Positions 10,439 through 24,696 of a stretch of DNA of 64,000 bases are shown here, one piece after another (position 1 is the first letter of the stretch; each line of letters opens with the position of its first letter). Position numbers and translations under genes: made by a program. Under the pieces are notes generated by a model. The model was not told the origin of the DNA. It ran no database searches and saw only the letters and a program-made list of their open reading frames with translations. Origin of the DNA: Octopus vulgaris (Eukaryota); assembly GCA_951406725.2 (NCBI GenBank), contig OX597821.1:99386001-99450000 (forward strand), given 5' to 3'.

Positions 10439-12033
10439 GCTCTAGCTTTATGAAATCTAGGGTTCATGTAAGAGAAAGAGACCCCTAATTCACTAGGGAA
10501 CAATTCAATCTCAAATATAAAGCAACTTCTACTTTTCGTATCTAAAAGTCAGTAATGTATTTCGTTTTAACCTTTTATTTATTTTTACATTAAAATATAA
10601 TACTAGCCCCACCCCCTCTGTGCCATTTTTATCCAAATGTTTTGTATTAAATTTCTCACACTATATACACAAGTATTTATAACTACCACACACAAGTATG
10701 TGTCATCATCGTCATCATCTAACATCTGTTTCCATGGTTGCATGGGTTTGTGAAATAGTTTTCAAACTGATGGTATTTATAATTTTGTCCATATGTACAT
10801 GTGTGTGCTTGGGTCCCCACTCTATTTGATAACTGTTGGTTTGTTTATATCCCTGTAGCTTCATTGTTCAGCAAAAGAGACCCCGAGAATAAAGGTTCCA
10901 TAGTCTGTTTTGGCTTGGTTTCTACAGCTGGATGCCCTTCCTAATGCCAACCACTCCACTGAGTGTATTGAGTGCTTTTCACAAGGCACCAGCCCTAGTG
11001 CATTTTATATAGCACCATCAGCAGTCCTTTTTACATGGCACCATTACCAATGCTTTTCACGTGAAACCAGCCCCAATGCTTCCAATATAGCACCAACCCC
11101 AGTGCTTTTTACATGGTACCATCACCAGTACTCTTTATGTGGCACTTACTTTATGATATCAGTTTTATTGTGGTGGATGGGTCTTATTGAGTACAGCAAT
11201 GTGGGCATATTTCAGTATTTGTCATCTTCATAAGGCTCAACATTTTGATGTATGGTAGTTATAAATAGGTCTGTCATGGATGAAATATGAGCAGAATGGT
11301 TGAACTGCTGGGTGTTTTTCTAGTTTACTTTTTGTAGTGTGATGAGGAAAAGAACAACAGAAAAAGAAGCAACAGGAGTAAGAAATACAAAAGGCCTTAC
11401 CTCGGCGAAATCAGCTGTCTCTCTGTCACAAATTCAACACATCTTGTCGCTCTGCCATCTGTGCTGGAACTGACCATGCTTCCTTGCTGACCACATGTGC
11501 TTCCTACCCACACATACGCCTTTCGCTTTTCCGCTGGCCCCTGCAAGCCTTACTTCCACCTACCTCATCTGTCATCCTCTCCACCAACACCACATAGCTC
11601 ATCACAGCCCATAACACCACCAACACCACACTTTTCAAACCTAAGAACTAAAGAAGATAAGACATCTCTTGATACCATCTTGTTTCTGCTTAGTGCCATG
11701 AAAGCTGTAATAAATAGGTATTACTGTGTGGTTATGTTCATTTGACAACTGTACTATGTGGTTCTAAGTTTAATCCTATTGTGTAGCTTACCTTGGGCAA
11801 GTGTTTTCTTGCATAGCTTTGGATTGACTGATGTCCCTAGTGAGATCTGATGCACAAAGACTGCAGAAACCTATCGTGTGTGTGTATGTATGTATATTTA
11901 TTTATCTGTCTGTCTTTGTGTGTGTGTGTGTGTGTGCAGGTGTGAACATGTGGCAAGAAATTTGATTTTCAGCCACACTAGGATTTTCTACCTTGCCTCT
12001 GCTGAATTTGGTTGACAAACTTAAAGAAGCCTA

Positions 12034-12072
<39 letters not shown>

Positions 12073-13211
12073 ACTGTCTTCTTGCCTTGGCATTGCATGA
12101 TAACAGAGTATACTGATGATTAAACATTAGTTATTTCTGTTTATCTCATCATGATTCAAACTATACATAAATAAAAAGAGAATTTTTTTCTTTTTTATAA
12201 ATGAGGTAAGTTTAAGTACAAACAGTTTAAAATAGCCAACTGTGTTTCCTCATACTTAACATGTATCATGGCTTTTGTGTAAGAGAAAACCTCTTTCATA
12301 GAAATGTGTTAAGAACATGATCCATTGCAGTGAGGCAAACATCAACATAAAATGTATTTCAACCTGCTTAGGCCTTGTCAATGACATGTATCTGGTTGCC
12401 ACATGTCTATATGAAATTTGTCTCCTCTGATATACAACTTCATGATACATCCACTGATATTGCAAAGAGCTTGCCAGGCAGAAATAAACTCTGTGTATGA
12501 AATTGAAACAATTTAAAATTAAATACATCTGGTGTTCTTGTGAGTCACTGTTGGGACGATGCTCACTTTGTTCCGATATATATGTGTTTTTAATACAACA
12601 TATTTATGCAAAAATTTTCTCTCAGAACCCCACCCACATTATCCTGCCTTTCAGTGGTGTATAGTACACAGGTGACTTTTAATTTATTGTTGTTTCAATT
12701 TCATATATTGATCTTATGGGCATTTTAATTAGCCTAATTTACAGTATCAATAATGCTACAAAAGTGAACATCATTTCATTTAAGAACCTTTGAAGCAAAT
12801 AATTTTTTTTCCTCAAAATAATGTAACAGGTGCAATAAAGACTGAGAACAGTAAAATCACACAGCATTAAAACTTGGTCAGATACCTGAAATTTGTCAAC
12901 ATTTACAAGCTATTGAATTAATATTTGGAAATTTGGAAATTCTTCAAATTTTTTTGTTCAATATATAATCATACAATTCACTCAGTTACTTGGATTTTCT
13001 TTGTTAAATGTTCATGTCAACCCATTTCTATTCCATATAAACGTTGGGATTGTGTTGGCCACCACAGCATCCAGGTTTCACTGCTTTGCATGAATTCCAT
13101 GATTATTCTTGCAATAGCTATATATATGCAGGGGTGGTTGTTTGGTTAAGGAGTTTGCTGCCCAACCATGTAGTCTTGGGTTCAGTCCCACTGTGTGATA
13201 CCTTGGGTAAG

Positions 13212-13260
<49 letters not shown>

Positions 13261-13265
<5 letters not shown>

Positions 13266-13645
13266 ATAAATATTAGGGAATGAATCCAAAATTACAGGGA
13301 AAAATCAGATTTAGGGTTAAATCCAATTTTATAGTAAAATATTATATAATATAATTCGAGACAAAACCACTATTTTAAAACCAAACAAGGAAAGACTTAA
13401 TCAATACATAAAATTTTAATATAAATTAAATAAACCGCCACTACAAATGTTTCATGTCTGCTACCGACAATCTTCAAAATTTGATACTGATTAGAAGATC
13501 GAAAATCCACCTGAAGATTGTCGGTAGCAGACATGAAACATTTGTAGTGGCGGTTTATTTAATTTATATTAAAATTTTATGTATTGATTAAGTCTTTCCT
13601 TGTTTGGTTTTAAAATAGTGGTTTTGTCTCGAATTATATTATATA
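13261..13645. mobile_element. Penelope-like element remnant: perfect 134-bp inverted repeat with minimal hammerhead motif, in a (TA)n tract
   Basis: Arms 13343-13476 and 13512-13645 are reverse complements with a 35-nt loop; CTGAAGA...GAAAC ATTT GTA core at 13511-13546. Confidence 0.7.
13507..13550 (+). ncRNA. Minimal type I hammerhead ribozyme-like motif
   Basis: Stem I ccac/gtgg, CUGAAGA, stem II ugUC/GAca with 7-nt loop, GAAA, 2-bp stem III (A-U, C-G) with tetraloop, GUA cleavage triplet. U-U at the base of stem II. Confidence 0.55.
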
Positions 13646-13816
13646 TATATATATATATATACTATAGTCTCAGGCTGACCAAATCCTTGTGAATAGTTTA
13701 ATAATGGTTTTTGACTTAGCCTTTTAGCATTCAGATTATTTTGTCAAATGTAATGTTTAGGTATTCAAACTGTTTTGAAAATCATGCATTATCTCATAAC
13801 TTTTGATGCTATGTTT

Positions 13817-14232
13817 AATAGGCGCAGGAGTGGTTGTGTGATAAGTAGCTTGCTTACCAACCACATGGTTCCAGGTTCAGTCCCTCTGTGTGTCACCTTG
13901 AGCAAGTGTCTTCTACCATAGCCTCGGGCCGACCAAAGCCTTGTGAGTGGATTTGGTAGACGGAAACTGAAAGAAGGCCATCATATATATGTATGTGTAT
14001 ATATGTGTGTGTGTGTGTGTGTGTTTGTGTGTCTGTGTTTGTCTCGCCAACATTGCTTGACAACCGATATTGGTGTGGTTACGTCCCCGTAACATAGTGG
14101 TTCGGCAAAAGTGACCAATAGAATAAGTACTAAGCTTACAAAGAATAAGTCCTGGGGTCGATTTGCTCTACTAAAGGCAGTGCTCCAGCATGGCCGCAGT
14201 CAAATGACTGAAACAAGTAAAAGAGTAAAAGA
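13817..14232 (+). mobile_element. SINE family A, full length, inserted in a TTAA MITE
   Basis: Complete head to taaaagagtaaaagag tail; MITE halves on both sides. Confidence 0.88.
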
Positions 14233-14626
14233 GTATATGATTGCTTATTTGTAGAATGATATTGTATAGTATGTGTGAAAGACCAGATCCAGCCAGTTTT
14301 AATGTAAAACAGATAGAACATTTGAGCCAGATATGGCCACTTTAAATGCTAGAAGGTTAAGCAGAAGGTCAGAAATTTTGATGGGAGGGGTTAGTCAAAT
14401 AAATTATGACTCGTACATTATTTTATCAACAAAAACTGAAAGGCAAATTTGATCTCAAGGATTTTGTACTTAGGATGTAAAGAATTGAAAGAATTACTCT
14501 GCCAATCTACCACCCTTAAAACCTCATTTAAATTCTTGATTATTACCAAAATTAATTGAAACATGTGGATAGTATATTTCATGAGGAATATAGTGAGAAA
14601 AGAGGGAGATAGATTCACTAATTATG

Positions 14627-15036
14627 ATTACTCTTTTACTCTTTTATTTGTTTCAGTCATTTGACTGTGGCCATGCTGGAGTTGAGCAAATCGACCCCCA
14701 GGACTTATTCTTTGTAAGCCAAGTACTTATTCTAACTGTCTCTTTTGCCAAACTGCTAAGTTACAGGGATGTAAACATACAAACATCGGTTGTCAAGCGA
14801 TTTTGGGGAGAACAAACATAGACACACAAACATATACATACACACACACACATATATATATATACATATACAATGTGCTTCTTTCAGTTTTCATCTATCA
14901 AATCCACTCACAAGGCTTCGGTCTCCCTGAGGCTATAGTAGAAGACACTTGCCCAAGGTGCCATGCAGTGGGACTGAACCTGGAACCATGTAGTTCGTAA
15001 GCAAGCTACTTACCACACAACCACTCCTGCACCTAT
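14627..15036 (-). mobile_element. SINE family A, full length
   Basis: Family consensus on the minus strand; inverted relative to 13817-14232. Confidence 0.88.
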
Positions 15037-15249
15037 ATTATCACATAAAGACAGGACCATTTTAGCAGAATTATAGGCTGTCAAGCAAATCAATGCACTG
15101 AACCCAATAGTATTTCTCTATTGTCAGCAAAATTGGGTCCCCAAGGACCCCTGTCAACTACCCAGTGTGTCCAGGCCTTAAGATAGCACTGTGTAAAGGA
15201 TTTCACTGGATACAATACTTCTATGTGCCTCTATTTACCTTGATTCATT

Positions 15250-15692
15250 TTAGGGTCATTACTAGTGGTAATCCACTACAAGGTCCAGTCCTTCTTACAT
15301 TGTGAGTGCATGTGCACCTCAATGGTCCTGAGAGATATACCAGAAGAGGCACAAGCTCCTGGTTTGCCCTCCTGTGTTGGACACATCAAAGGATAGTGGG
15401 CAGACTAATTTGGATTACCTCTTTCCAAAAGTGTAAATGGGTTTGCACTGGGCCAACACCCCTATATAGAAAAAAGTAAAGTTACTGAAGCACCAATGAC
15501 AATTCAATACCGACAAGATCTGGAAGAGCTGTTACAACAAAATCCAAAAAGGGATACAGAGGTAGGGCTGAAAAACAGGGATTCAATTGGAGCAAAGCAG
15601 AAAAGACAGCCCAGCAATAAGAACAGTGTCGAAAAGTCATTGATAGCCTATACCCCATGGGGAGCAAAGAGCTTAAGAAAAGTTGTAAGTAC
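15250..15692 (+). mobile_element. Old RTE-derived non-autonomous element (5' UTR joined to ORF 3' end)
   Basis: RTE 5'UTR-like cctcaatggtcctgagagatataccagaagaggcacaagctcctgg, then decayed ORF end and aag/gtaag tail; related fragment at about 6628-6745. Confidence 0.45.
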
Positions 15693-16316
15693 TTGTGGCA
15701 ATGATCCGATACCCCTATCTTGGTTTTAGTGGAATATTAAAAAAAAAAGAAAAAGTAAAAAAATCAGAAGTAGCATATTGGTATTTCTTGCTCCTGAAAC
15801 TGGTAAAATGGACTGTTTTTTTTTTTTGTTTTTTCAAACTTACAAACTGTCCAAGAGGAGTTCTTCTTATAAATAACATAATAAGCTTGTATTAAATTAC
15901 TGAGCAGCTGAAACAGAAAGGCAATACTTTCTAGAATTTACTTTCACATTAACAATGTTAATAGCCATTGCAGATACAAAGAATGTCATATGAATTCCTT
16001 GCCTGCTTTTAATAGGTGAGCATTAATTCCTGGCAAACAGCTGTGACCCAAGTTTGATTACCATGGCTATTTTACCTATTTTATTTTGTTAATGTCCTTG
16101 GTGAAAGACATGAATGTCAATTGTCCCCCCCCTCTCCTCACTGAAATCAGTACATTTGATCACCTGCTGGTGGATATTTATGATCATGGAAAAATTAAAT
16201 AAATGATGAGTTGGTCGAATAAATATTTGTTCATTTGTTTTGTTCTATATACTGATAACTAAATGTATATGGTGATAAAAAAAAAAGGTTAGTTATGTTT
16301 TATAAGGGTCAAATTG

Positions 16317-16603
16317 TGGAGGCGCAATAGCCCAGTGGTTAGGGCAGCGGACATGCGATTGGAAGATCGTGCTTTCGATTCCCAGACTGGGTGTTGTGTG
16401 TGTTTATTGAGTGAAAACACCTAAAGCTCCACGAGGCGACCCCTGTTGTACTCTTTTGCCCCAACTTTCTCTCACTCTTTCTTCCTGTTTCTTGGGTAAC
16501 GCTGTGATGGACTGGCGTCCCGTCCAGTTGGGGGGAACACATATGCCACAGAAACCAGGTCGATGAGTCTGGCTAGGCTTGAAAAGGGCACAAGAAGAAG
16601 AAG
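16317..16603 (+). mobile_element. tRNA-derived SINE family C
   Basis: gtggaggcgcaatagcccagtggttagggcagcgg...ttcgattcccagac head; (AAG)n tail; a second copy is at 36779-37085. Confidence 0.8.
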
Positions 16604-17047
16604 GGTCAAATTAGATGAGAAATATTTTTATCAAGTAAGTGACCCCAACTGCGTTTTGCAAAATCATCATTATTGTTTTAACATCCACCTTTCTATCCTA
16701 GCATGCGTCGAACGAAATTTGTTTACATAGGATTTTCTATAGCTGGATGCCCTTCCAGTCACTAACCCTCACCTGTTTCCAAGCAAGGTAATATTTTCCC
16801 CATGGCCAGACAGGTTTTTCACAGAATATTGGAAATTAACAACACTGCTTGTATGACAGTGTCAATCATTTACAACTATCACGTAATGTCAAGATGAGGG
16901 TACACACACACATTATGGGAATCTTTCAGTTATTGCCTACCAAATTCACTAACGATGCTCTGGTCAGCCTGGGGCTAAATTTAAAGATGCTTACCCAAGG
17001 TATTGAACCTGAAGCCATATAGTTGGGAAGCAAACTTAACACAGTCA

Positions 17048-17126
17048 TATCTATCTATCTATTTATCTGTCTGTCTGTCTGTCTATCTATCTATTTACCT
17101 ACCTACCTACCTACTTACCTACCTAC

Positions 17127-17194
<68 letters not shown>

Positions 17195-17228
17195 ATCTAT
17201 CTATCTATATATATATATATATATATAT
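17048..17228. repeat. Compound microsatellite (CTAT)n/(CTGT)n/(CTAC)n/(TA)n
   Basis: Directly visible. Confidence 0.95.
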
Positions 17229-17716
17229 AAAACAGCTTCAGCACCAAGCAGTGATTAAGAGTAAATGAACTTCAGTTTAGTTGAAATATGTCTGTGACAT
17301 ATTTCCACTTCTATATGCAAATTCACTGCAGTTGTTGTAGAGAAAAAAATTCTCTTTTATGGTAAAAGGTGTAAAAAATTATATATATATATATATATAT
17401 ACATACACATACATACATATATATATATATACCGTCATCATCATTTAACGTCCGTTTTCCATGCTAGCACGGGTTGGATGGTTCAACCGGGGTCCAATCT
17501 GATCTGGCAGTGATTCTACAGCTGGATGCCATTCCTAACGCCAACCACTCTGTGAGTGTAGTGGGTGGTTTTTACGTGCCACTGGCACAGGGGCCAGAGG
17601 AGGCTGGCAACAGCCATGATCAGTTGGTGCTTTTCACATGCTACCAGCATGGAGGAGCTTTTTTTCATTGGAAAATAGTATTGCATGTTAGACGTGTGTG
17701 TGCCTGCGTGTGTATA

Positions 17717-17768
<52 letters not shown>

Positions 17769-18120
17769 CATATATACACATGCAGGCACACACACACTCA
17801 TGTCTAATACACAATACTATTTTTGGATCAATAAAAAGCTATAAACAAATGTTTTTCCAATATTTTATACACTATTTTTTAAATAATTTAATTAGGCACA
17901 AAGCCAGAAATTTGCAGTGGAGGTCATGGACAGAATTGTTACTATGCCAAACAAAATGCTGAGTAGCATTTCTTCCAGCTCTTTGCATTTTGAGTTTAAA
18001 TGCTACTGCGGTGACTTACCCTTTCGTACTTTCAAGGTTGATAAAATAAATACCAGTTGAGCAGTGGGGCCAATATAATCAACGTACCCCTCCCCTCAAA
18101 ATTTCTGGCCTAGTGCCAAT

Positions 18121-18304
18121 TAGCCAATTAATCATTTAACTATTCAAGTGTTTGATTGATTGTTTGAAACCTGAAGCAAACCTGGGTTAGAGAGGGCATG
18201 TCATTGACGAGGTCTCGAAGTCTCAAATGATGATGGAAGGGCTTTGACGAACCAACCTTGATTTTCTGACTGACTGAACAATTAGTCAAATGATTATTTG
18301 GTTA
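18121..18304. mobile_element. Small MITE-like element
   Basis: Imperfect terminal inverted repeats tagccaattaatcatttaacta / tagtcaaatgattatttggtta. Confidence 0.45.
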
Positions 18305-18941
18305 AATGCTTAACAAATTGACCAATGACAATGGCTTAAAACTTTGGCATAAGGCCAGTAATTTTAGGGGAGGAGAATAAGTCGACTACATTGATCCTAG
18401 TACTTATTATACCAAATCTGAAAGAGTGAAAGGCAAAGTCAACCTTGGTAGCATTAGAATGATGAGCATAAAGAGCTGTAAAAAATGTCAATAATAAAAG
18501 AAGTAAAATAGAACTAGTGTGTGTGTTTATTATTGGTACAATGACCCTCCAAAGAAAAAACAAAATCTGTTTCCACACAGGGGTTGACAATAAGAATCTT
18601 GCAAACTAAATACAAAAATGAAATACCCTGGGGGGTCTCTCCCTCCTCCCTCTCTCTTTTTCTCCAAGTCAAAGAAAAATTCTTGGTCTAAAAGAAGTTT
18701 TAAATAGCTTAAGCAGATTGATAAAGATTGTAAATGATTTCAGTCCAATTAACAGCAATAAGGAGAATACATTAATAACAGGGTTCTTTTTTTCTTTTAA
18801 GGGAAATCCAATTAAAGACAAAACCAAAAAAAAAAGAAGAATGAAATTATTCTTCCTCTAAAAAACAAAAAAAAACAAAAAAAGCAAGTGAAATCCACCA
18901 GCTGCCATCTGTTAATTGCTAATTATAAGCAATAAATTATC

Positions 18942-19869
<928 letters not shown>

Positions 19870-20273
19870 GTTTCAGTCTTCCTTAAAGTTATTCAACTTT
19901 CAGCCACTGGCTAGAATTAACTCATACTTAGGTCAATGTTTTACACATACTTTCCCTACCTACATACATACCTAGCTACCTTTCTCTCTCAGTAACCAAT
20001 TATTCTGTGAATTATACAGTCTCTCTGTGGAAACCTCCTCCTTCTTGTGCTGTTCCTCCAACTGCTTTATATCAGCCATTCAGTACAATACAATAAGATT
20101 TCATTTATTTATTTATTTTTGAAATTTTCTATTTTCTTTTTCTCTTTCTCCTTTATTTTTTTTTGTTTTACTCTCTTTTATTTTGGAGAAAATGTACTAT
20201 TAACAAGGAAAGTAGCTAGTTTGAAAAATCTCAGTAAGAGATAAAAGTAGTAACTATACTAAAAAGTAATATT

Positions 20274-20910
20274 TATTCTTTTCTACTCTAGGCACAAGGC
20301 CTGAAATTTTGGGGGAGGGAGCCTGTTGATTAGATCGACCTCAGTACGCAACTCGTACTTAATTTATCGACCTTGAAAGGATGAAAGGCAAAGTCAACCT
20401 TGGCAGAATTTGAACTCAGAACGTAAAGATAGATGAAATACTGCTAAGCATTTTGTCCAGCATGCTAACATTACTTATTTCTTTATTGCCCACAAGGGGC
20501 TAAACATGGACAGACAAAGGGGTTAAGTCAATTACATCGACCCCAGTGTGTAACTGGTAATTAATTTATTGACCCCGAAAGGATGAAAGGCAAAGTCAAC
20601 CTTGACGGAATTTGAACTCAGAACGTAACGGCAGACAAAATACCTATTTCTTTACTACCCACAAGGGGCTAAATACAGAGAGGACAAACAAGGACAGACA
20701 AACGGATTAAGTTGATTATATCAACCCCAGTGCATAACTGGTACTTATTTAATCGACCCTGAATGGATGAAAGGCAAAGTCAACCTTGGCGGAAATTGAA
20801 CTCAGAACGTAACGGCAGACGAAATACCACAAAGCATTTCGCCTGGCGTGCTAACGTTTCTACCAGCTCACTGCCTTCATATGCTAACATTTCTGCCAGC
20901 TCACTGCTGC
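20274..20910 (-). mobile_element. Nested SINE family B cluster (dimer 20473-20880 inserted into an older copy)
   Basis: TSD atgctaacatt at 20462-20472 and 20881-20891; three copies of the Meta-like core. Confidence 0.85.
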
Positions 20911-21498
20911 AGTAATATTTATTGCCACATCAATATGGCTGTTTGATGTTACAACCATTTTAACCCCAGGTAGATTATCTGCCAGCTAATTACTGGTGCA
21001 ACCTGCACCATGTATATATTGCAAGCAGGGGAGCGAACTCCCAGACAACAGGATCGTGAGACTGAACGGTTTCAGGCTACTTGTGCCCGTCTTCAGTCAT
21101 GAAAACCTGCCTGTTAGAAATAGTAATGATTCACTCCAGCTCGCAATATAGGGGAAAATAAGTGACCATCAGTCACTAATTTTGCAAGAAGCAAAGTAAC
21201 TAGTTAAAAAAATCCCAATAAGAGATAAAAGTAGTGATTATACGAAGAAGTAATATTTATTGCTACATCAATACTCTCTTTTACTCTTTGACATGTTTCA
21301 ATCATTTGATTGCGGCCATGCTGGAGCACCACCTTAAAGGGTCTTAGTTGAAGAAATAAACCCCAGGATTTATTCTTTGTAAGCCTAGTATTTATTCTTT
21401 TGGTCTCTTTTGCCAAACTGCTAAGTTACAAGGATATAAACACACCAACATCAGTTGTCAAATGTTGGTAGGGGACAAATACAGACACACACACACAC

Positions 21499-22060
21499 AA
21501 CCAGAAAAGCATTCGGAGAATGCAGACTTCCATCAAGCAGCTCATTTCCACCCATATACACGCATGCTGAAAATTGCCCAATTTCCCAAACCAACACCGG
21601 CAAAAACATAACCTCCTTGGCAGAGGTAAAAAAAAAAACCCTTTAAAAATAGGAATCATCCCAATAGTCAAGGCATGTCATCCTCCCAAGGCCTCCGCCA
21701 AGCAGCTCATTTTAAGATAGATATGCGAGTAAAATTACTAATAGAGAAATGAAAATAAACTTTAGAAACAGCAACACCACCATAGGTTACATGGAAACGA
21801 TGAATGTGTTTTCAAGGGAGATAATCAAAGAACGTAACATTGTAATACTTCACGTAAAGTAAATATAACAAATGAAAAATCTCTCAAGAATCCATAAAAA
21901 TTCCCGGATCACTACCAAAATTTCATCATCTGTTCCTTGTGTCATTACCAACTTTTCCTGCAAGTTTCATCACATATCGTTCACAACTTTTTGAGTTATT
22001 TTGCACACAGCAGACAGACGGACAAACCAATGCCGATGAAAACATAACCTTCCTTGAAGG

Positions 22061-22065
<5 letters not shown>
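21499..22065 (+). mobile_element. HINE/DINE-1-like (Helentron-associated) elements, two partial units
   Basis: Terminal stem-loops acctccttggcagaggt and accttccttgaaggaggt; cagacagacggacaaac microsatellite next to the end. Confidence 0.5.
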
Positions 22066-22103
<38 letters not shown>

Positions 22104-22105
<2 letters not shown>

Positions 22106-23358
22106 GAGGTGAGCACTGTTAATTGTAAAGTTAATTCCGTTAATCATTAATCTGTTAACCAAAAAGTTAACTTTGATAACCGTTAATCAGTTTATTCTTT
22201 AAAAATGTAACAGAAGTTATCAATAAACTCTTAACGTTAATTTTTATTATCAAAACAACAAAATGTCAGTTTTTGCTCTAAAACCCACCTAAAAATACCT
22301 TCAAAAGGTGCCAAAACTACAAAATCAACTTCTTTTTGCCTTTTTAAGGGCTTTAGAACCCTGAAACTATATTTTTTTGCTTTAGCATTAAGATATGCTG
22401 ATTTTAACTTTTAAAAGACCTAAAAAAAGGCTTTTTTTGGCCCTTTTTTAGGCTTTTAGAGCCAGAAAAGGGTAAAAGACGCTCAAATGAAATGATATTA
22501 GTATTAAACTAAAAAAGTTTATTGATAAAGTGGCTGTAAAAAAATATAAATACAAATAAATGAAAAACACGATATATACATAATTTAATTTTTTCTCTAA
22601 TCTTTCTTCATTTTGTTCATGAGATGCATGTTGCCCTTCATGAAAATTAGCATGTTAAAGTTTTCATCAGACAGGGTGATCTCTTGGCCCTCAAGATGTC
22701 CTTGCCCATAGAGAATAACCACTCCACCGCAGCACTGGAGGGGATAGCTGTGTTGAACTTGATGAACAGGTCCACCAACACTTGTTCATCGAAGAAGACA
22801 ACACCTGTCAGCAAGTCCTTGGAGTTGGTCTCCACCCAGGTCTTGATCAAATTCTGGGCCTTATCCTTGAGTGACCTGTAGTTCTTGCTGCTCTCTTTTG
22901 GCTGGGTGACACCACTGAAGAAGTCATCCTTCTCTTTGTTGTTGCTGCTCATTTTGTCAGACTGCTGCCTCATGGCCTCCTTGACCTTGCCCTCCATGCT
23001 TTTCCTCACCTTGGCGACCTTGGTGTTGTCATACTTATCCAACCAAATGAGGTGAAACGTGGAGTGGAAGGCAGCAGCCAGCTGGCATTCCTCATCCGCC
23101 AAGAGGGTTCTAAACCTTTTGTTGATACCTGCCAAAGGTGTGTCGACCAAGGGGCTGAAGTAAATGAGGCCCTTGGACTTCAAGTCCTTGAGCCTAAAGA
23201 TTGTCACAGAAACTTGAGTTAATGGAAGTTAACTCTAGTAAATTTGAGTTAACAGAAACTAATTAGCCCAATAATGATTTCCAAAGTTAACTTGTTAATG
23301 AAAACGTTAACTTTGTTGATTAATGATTAATGGATTACCAGTTTGGTGCCCAGGTTTG
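22104..23358 (-). mobile_element. Internally deleted hAT DNA transposon
   Basis: Imperfect TIRs cagaggtgagcac / gtgcccaggtttg, subterminal gttaa repeats, transposase C-terminal remnant. Confidence 0.85.
22597..23207 (-). pseudogene. hAT transposase C-terminal fragment (dimerization domain), frameshifted
   Basis: LFIKFNTAIPSSAAVEWLFSMGKDILRAKRS, continuing after a frameshift as LSDENFNMLIFMKGN. This is the hATC motif (consensus PxSSAxxERxFS). Confidence 0.85.
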
Positions 23359-24696
23359 TATATATCATCATCTTTTAACATTTGCTTTCCATGCTGGCAT
23401 GGGCTGGATGGTTTGACTGAGAACTGGCAAGCCAGGAGGATGTGCCAGGCTCCAATCTAATCTAGCAAGGTTTCTACAGCTGGATGCCTTTCCTAATGCC
23501 AACCACTCTGAGAGTGTAGTTGGTACATTTTACATCTATCTTTTTACTTGTTTCAGTTATTAGACTGTGGCCATGCTGGGGCACTGCCTTGAAGAATTTT
23601 AGCCAAACATATCGACTCTAGAACTTGTTTTTTTAAGCCTGGTACTTTCCTGTCTCTTTTGCTGAACTGCTAAGTTACAAACACACCAATACCTGTTGTC
23701 AAGCAGTGGGGGGGAGACAAACACAGACTCAAAGACACACACACACACAGAGGCTTCTTTAACTTTTTAGTACTCAGATTATTCCATTTTATGAGATGTT
23801 TATTTATTTACATTGTTTAGAATTATTCATGTGTGATCTTGTAATTTTAAGATTTTGATAATGTGACTGTTTATTTTTAGAATGACATTGTAGGGTAGGT
23901 GTAACAGGCAGAATCCGGACAGTTTGAATCTAAAACAGACAGAATATCTTGGCTGGGTATAGGCAGTTTGAATGCCAAAGAATTAAGGTTACTTCTACCA
24001 AATCCACTCATAAGGCCTTAGCTGGCCTGAGGCTATAACAGAAGACACTTGCTCAAGGTGCAACTCTGTGGAATTGAACCTGGAACCATGTGGTTGGGAA
24101 GCAAACTTCTTACTACACAGCCATGCCTTTGAAGTTTCGAATAAAACTCCAACTGAAATAAATAGAATTGTTGTTGTTGTTTAGCCCTAGGGTGACCCTG
24201 ATCAGGCAGACTTATCTATGATCAAAAATATCTCAACTGTAATCAGTGTTATTTATTATCATCATCATCGTTTAATGTCTGCTTTCCATGCTGGCATGGG
24301 TTGGATGGTTTGACTGAGGACTGGCAAGCCAGGAAGCTGCACCATGCTCCAATCTGATCTGGTAAGGTTTCTACAGCTGGATGCTCTTCCTAATGCCAAC
24401 CACTCCGAGAGTGTAGTGGGTGCTTTTACATATCAAGTGCCAAAAGAAATGCTGCTAAGTACACAAAAGATTCTGCCAACTTCCTGTTTTAATAACAATA
24501 ATAATGATCTGTTTTGTAAGCAGAAGGCCTGAAATTTTGTGACGTGGGGGGCTAATTGATTACATCGACCCTAGTCTTTAATTGGTATTTTATTTTATCA
24601 ACTCCAGAAGGATGAAAGGCAAAGTTGACCTTGGCGGGATTTGAACGCAGAATGTAAAGAGTTGGTAGAAATACCACTATGTATTTTTGTCCGCCT

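Noticed and set aside
12256-12528. 90-aa minus-strand ORF in repeat-free DNA as an exon of a third gene
   Set aside because: No recognisable homology in any frame, weak acceptor, and no partner exons found.
16317-16395. tRNA genes at SINE heads (also 596-670, 6747-6825, 36779-36860)
   Set aside because: A and B boxes are present, but there is no intact cloverleaf and each continues into a SINE body.
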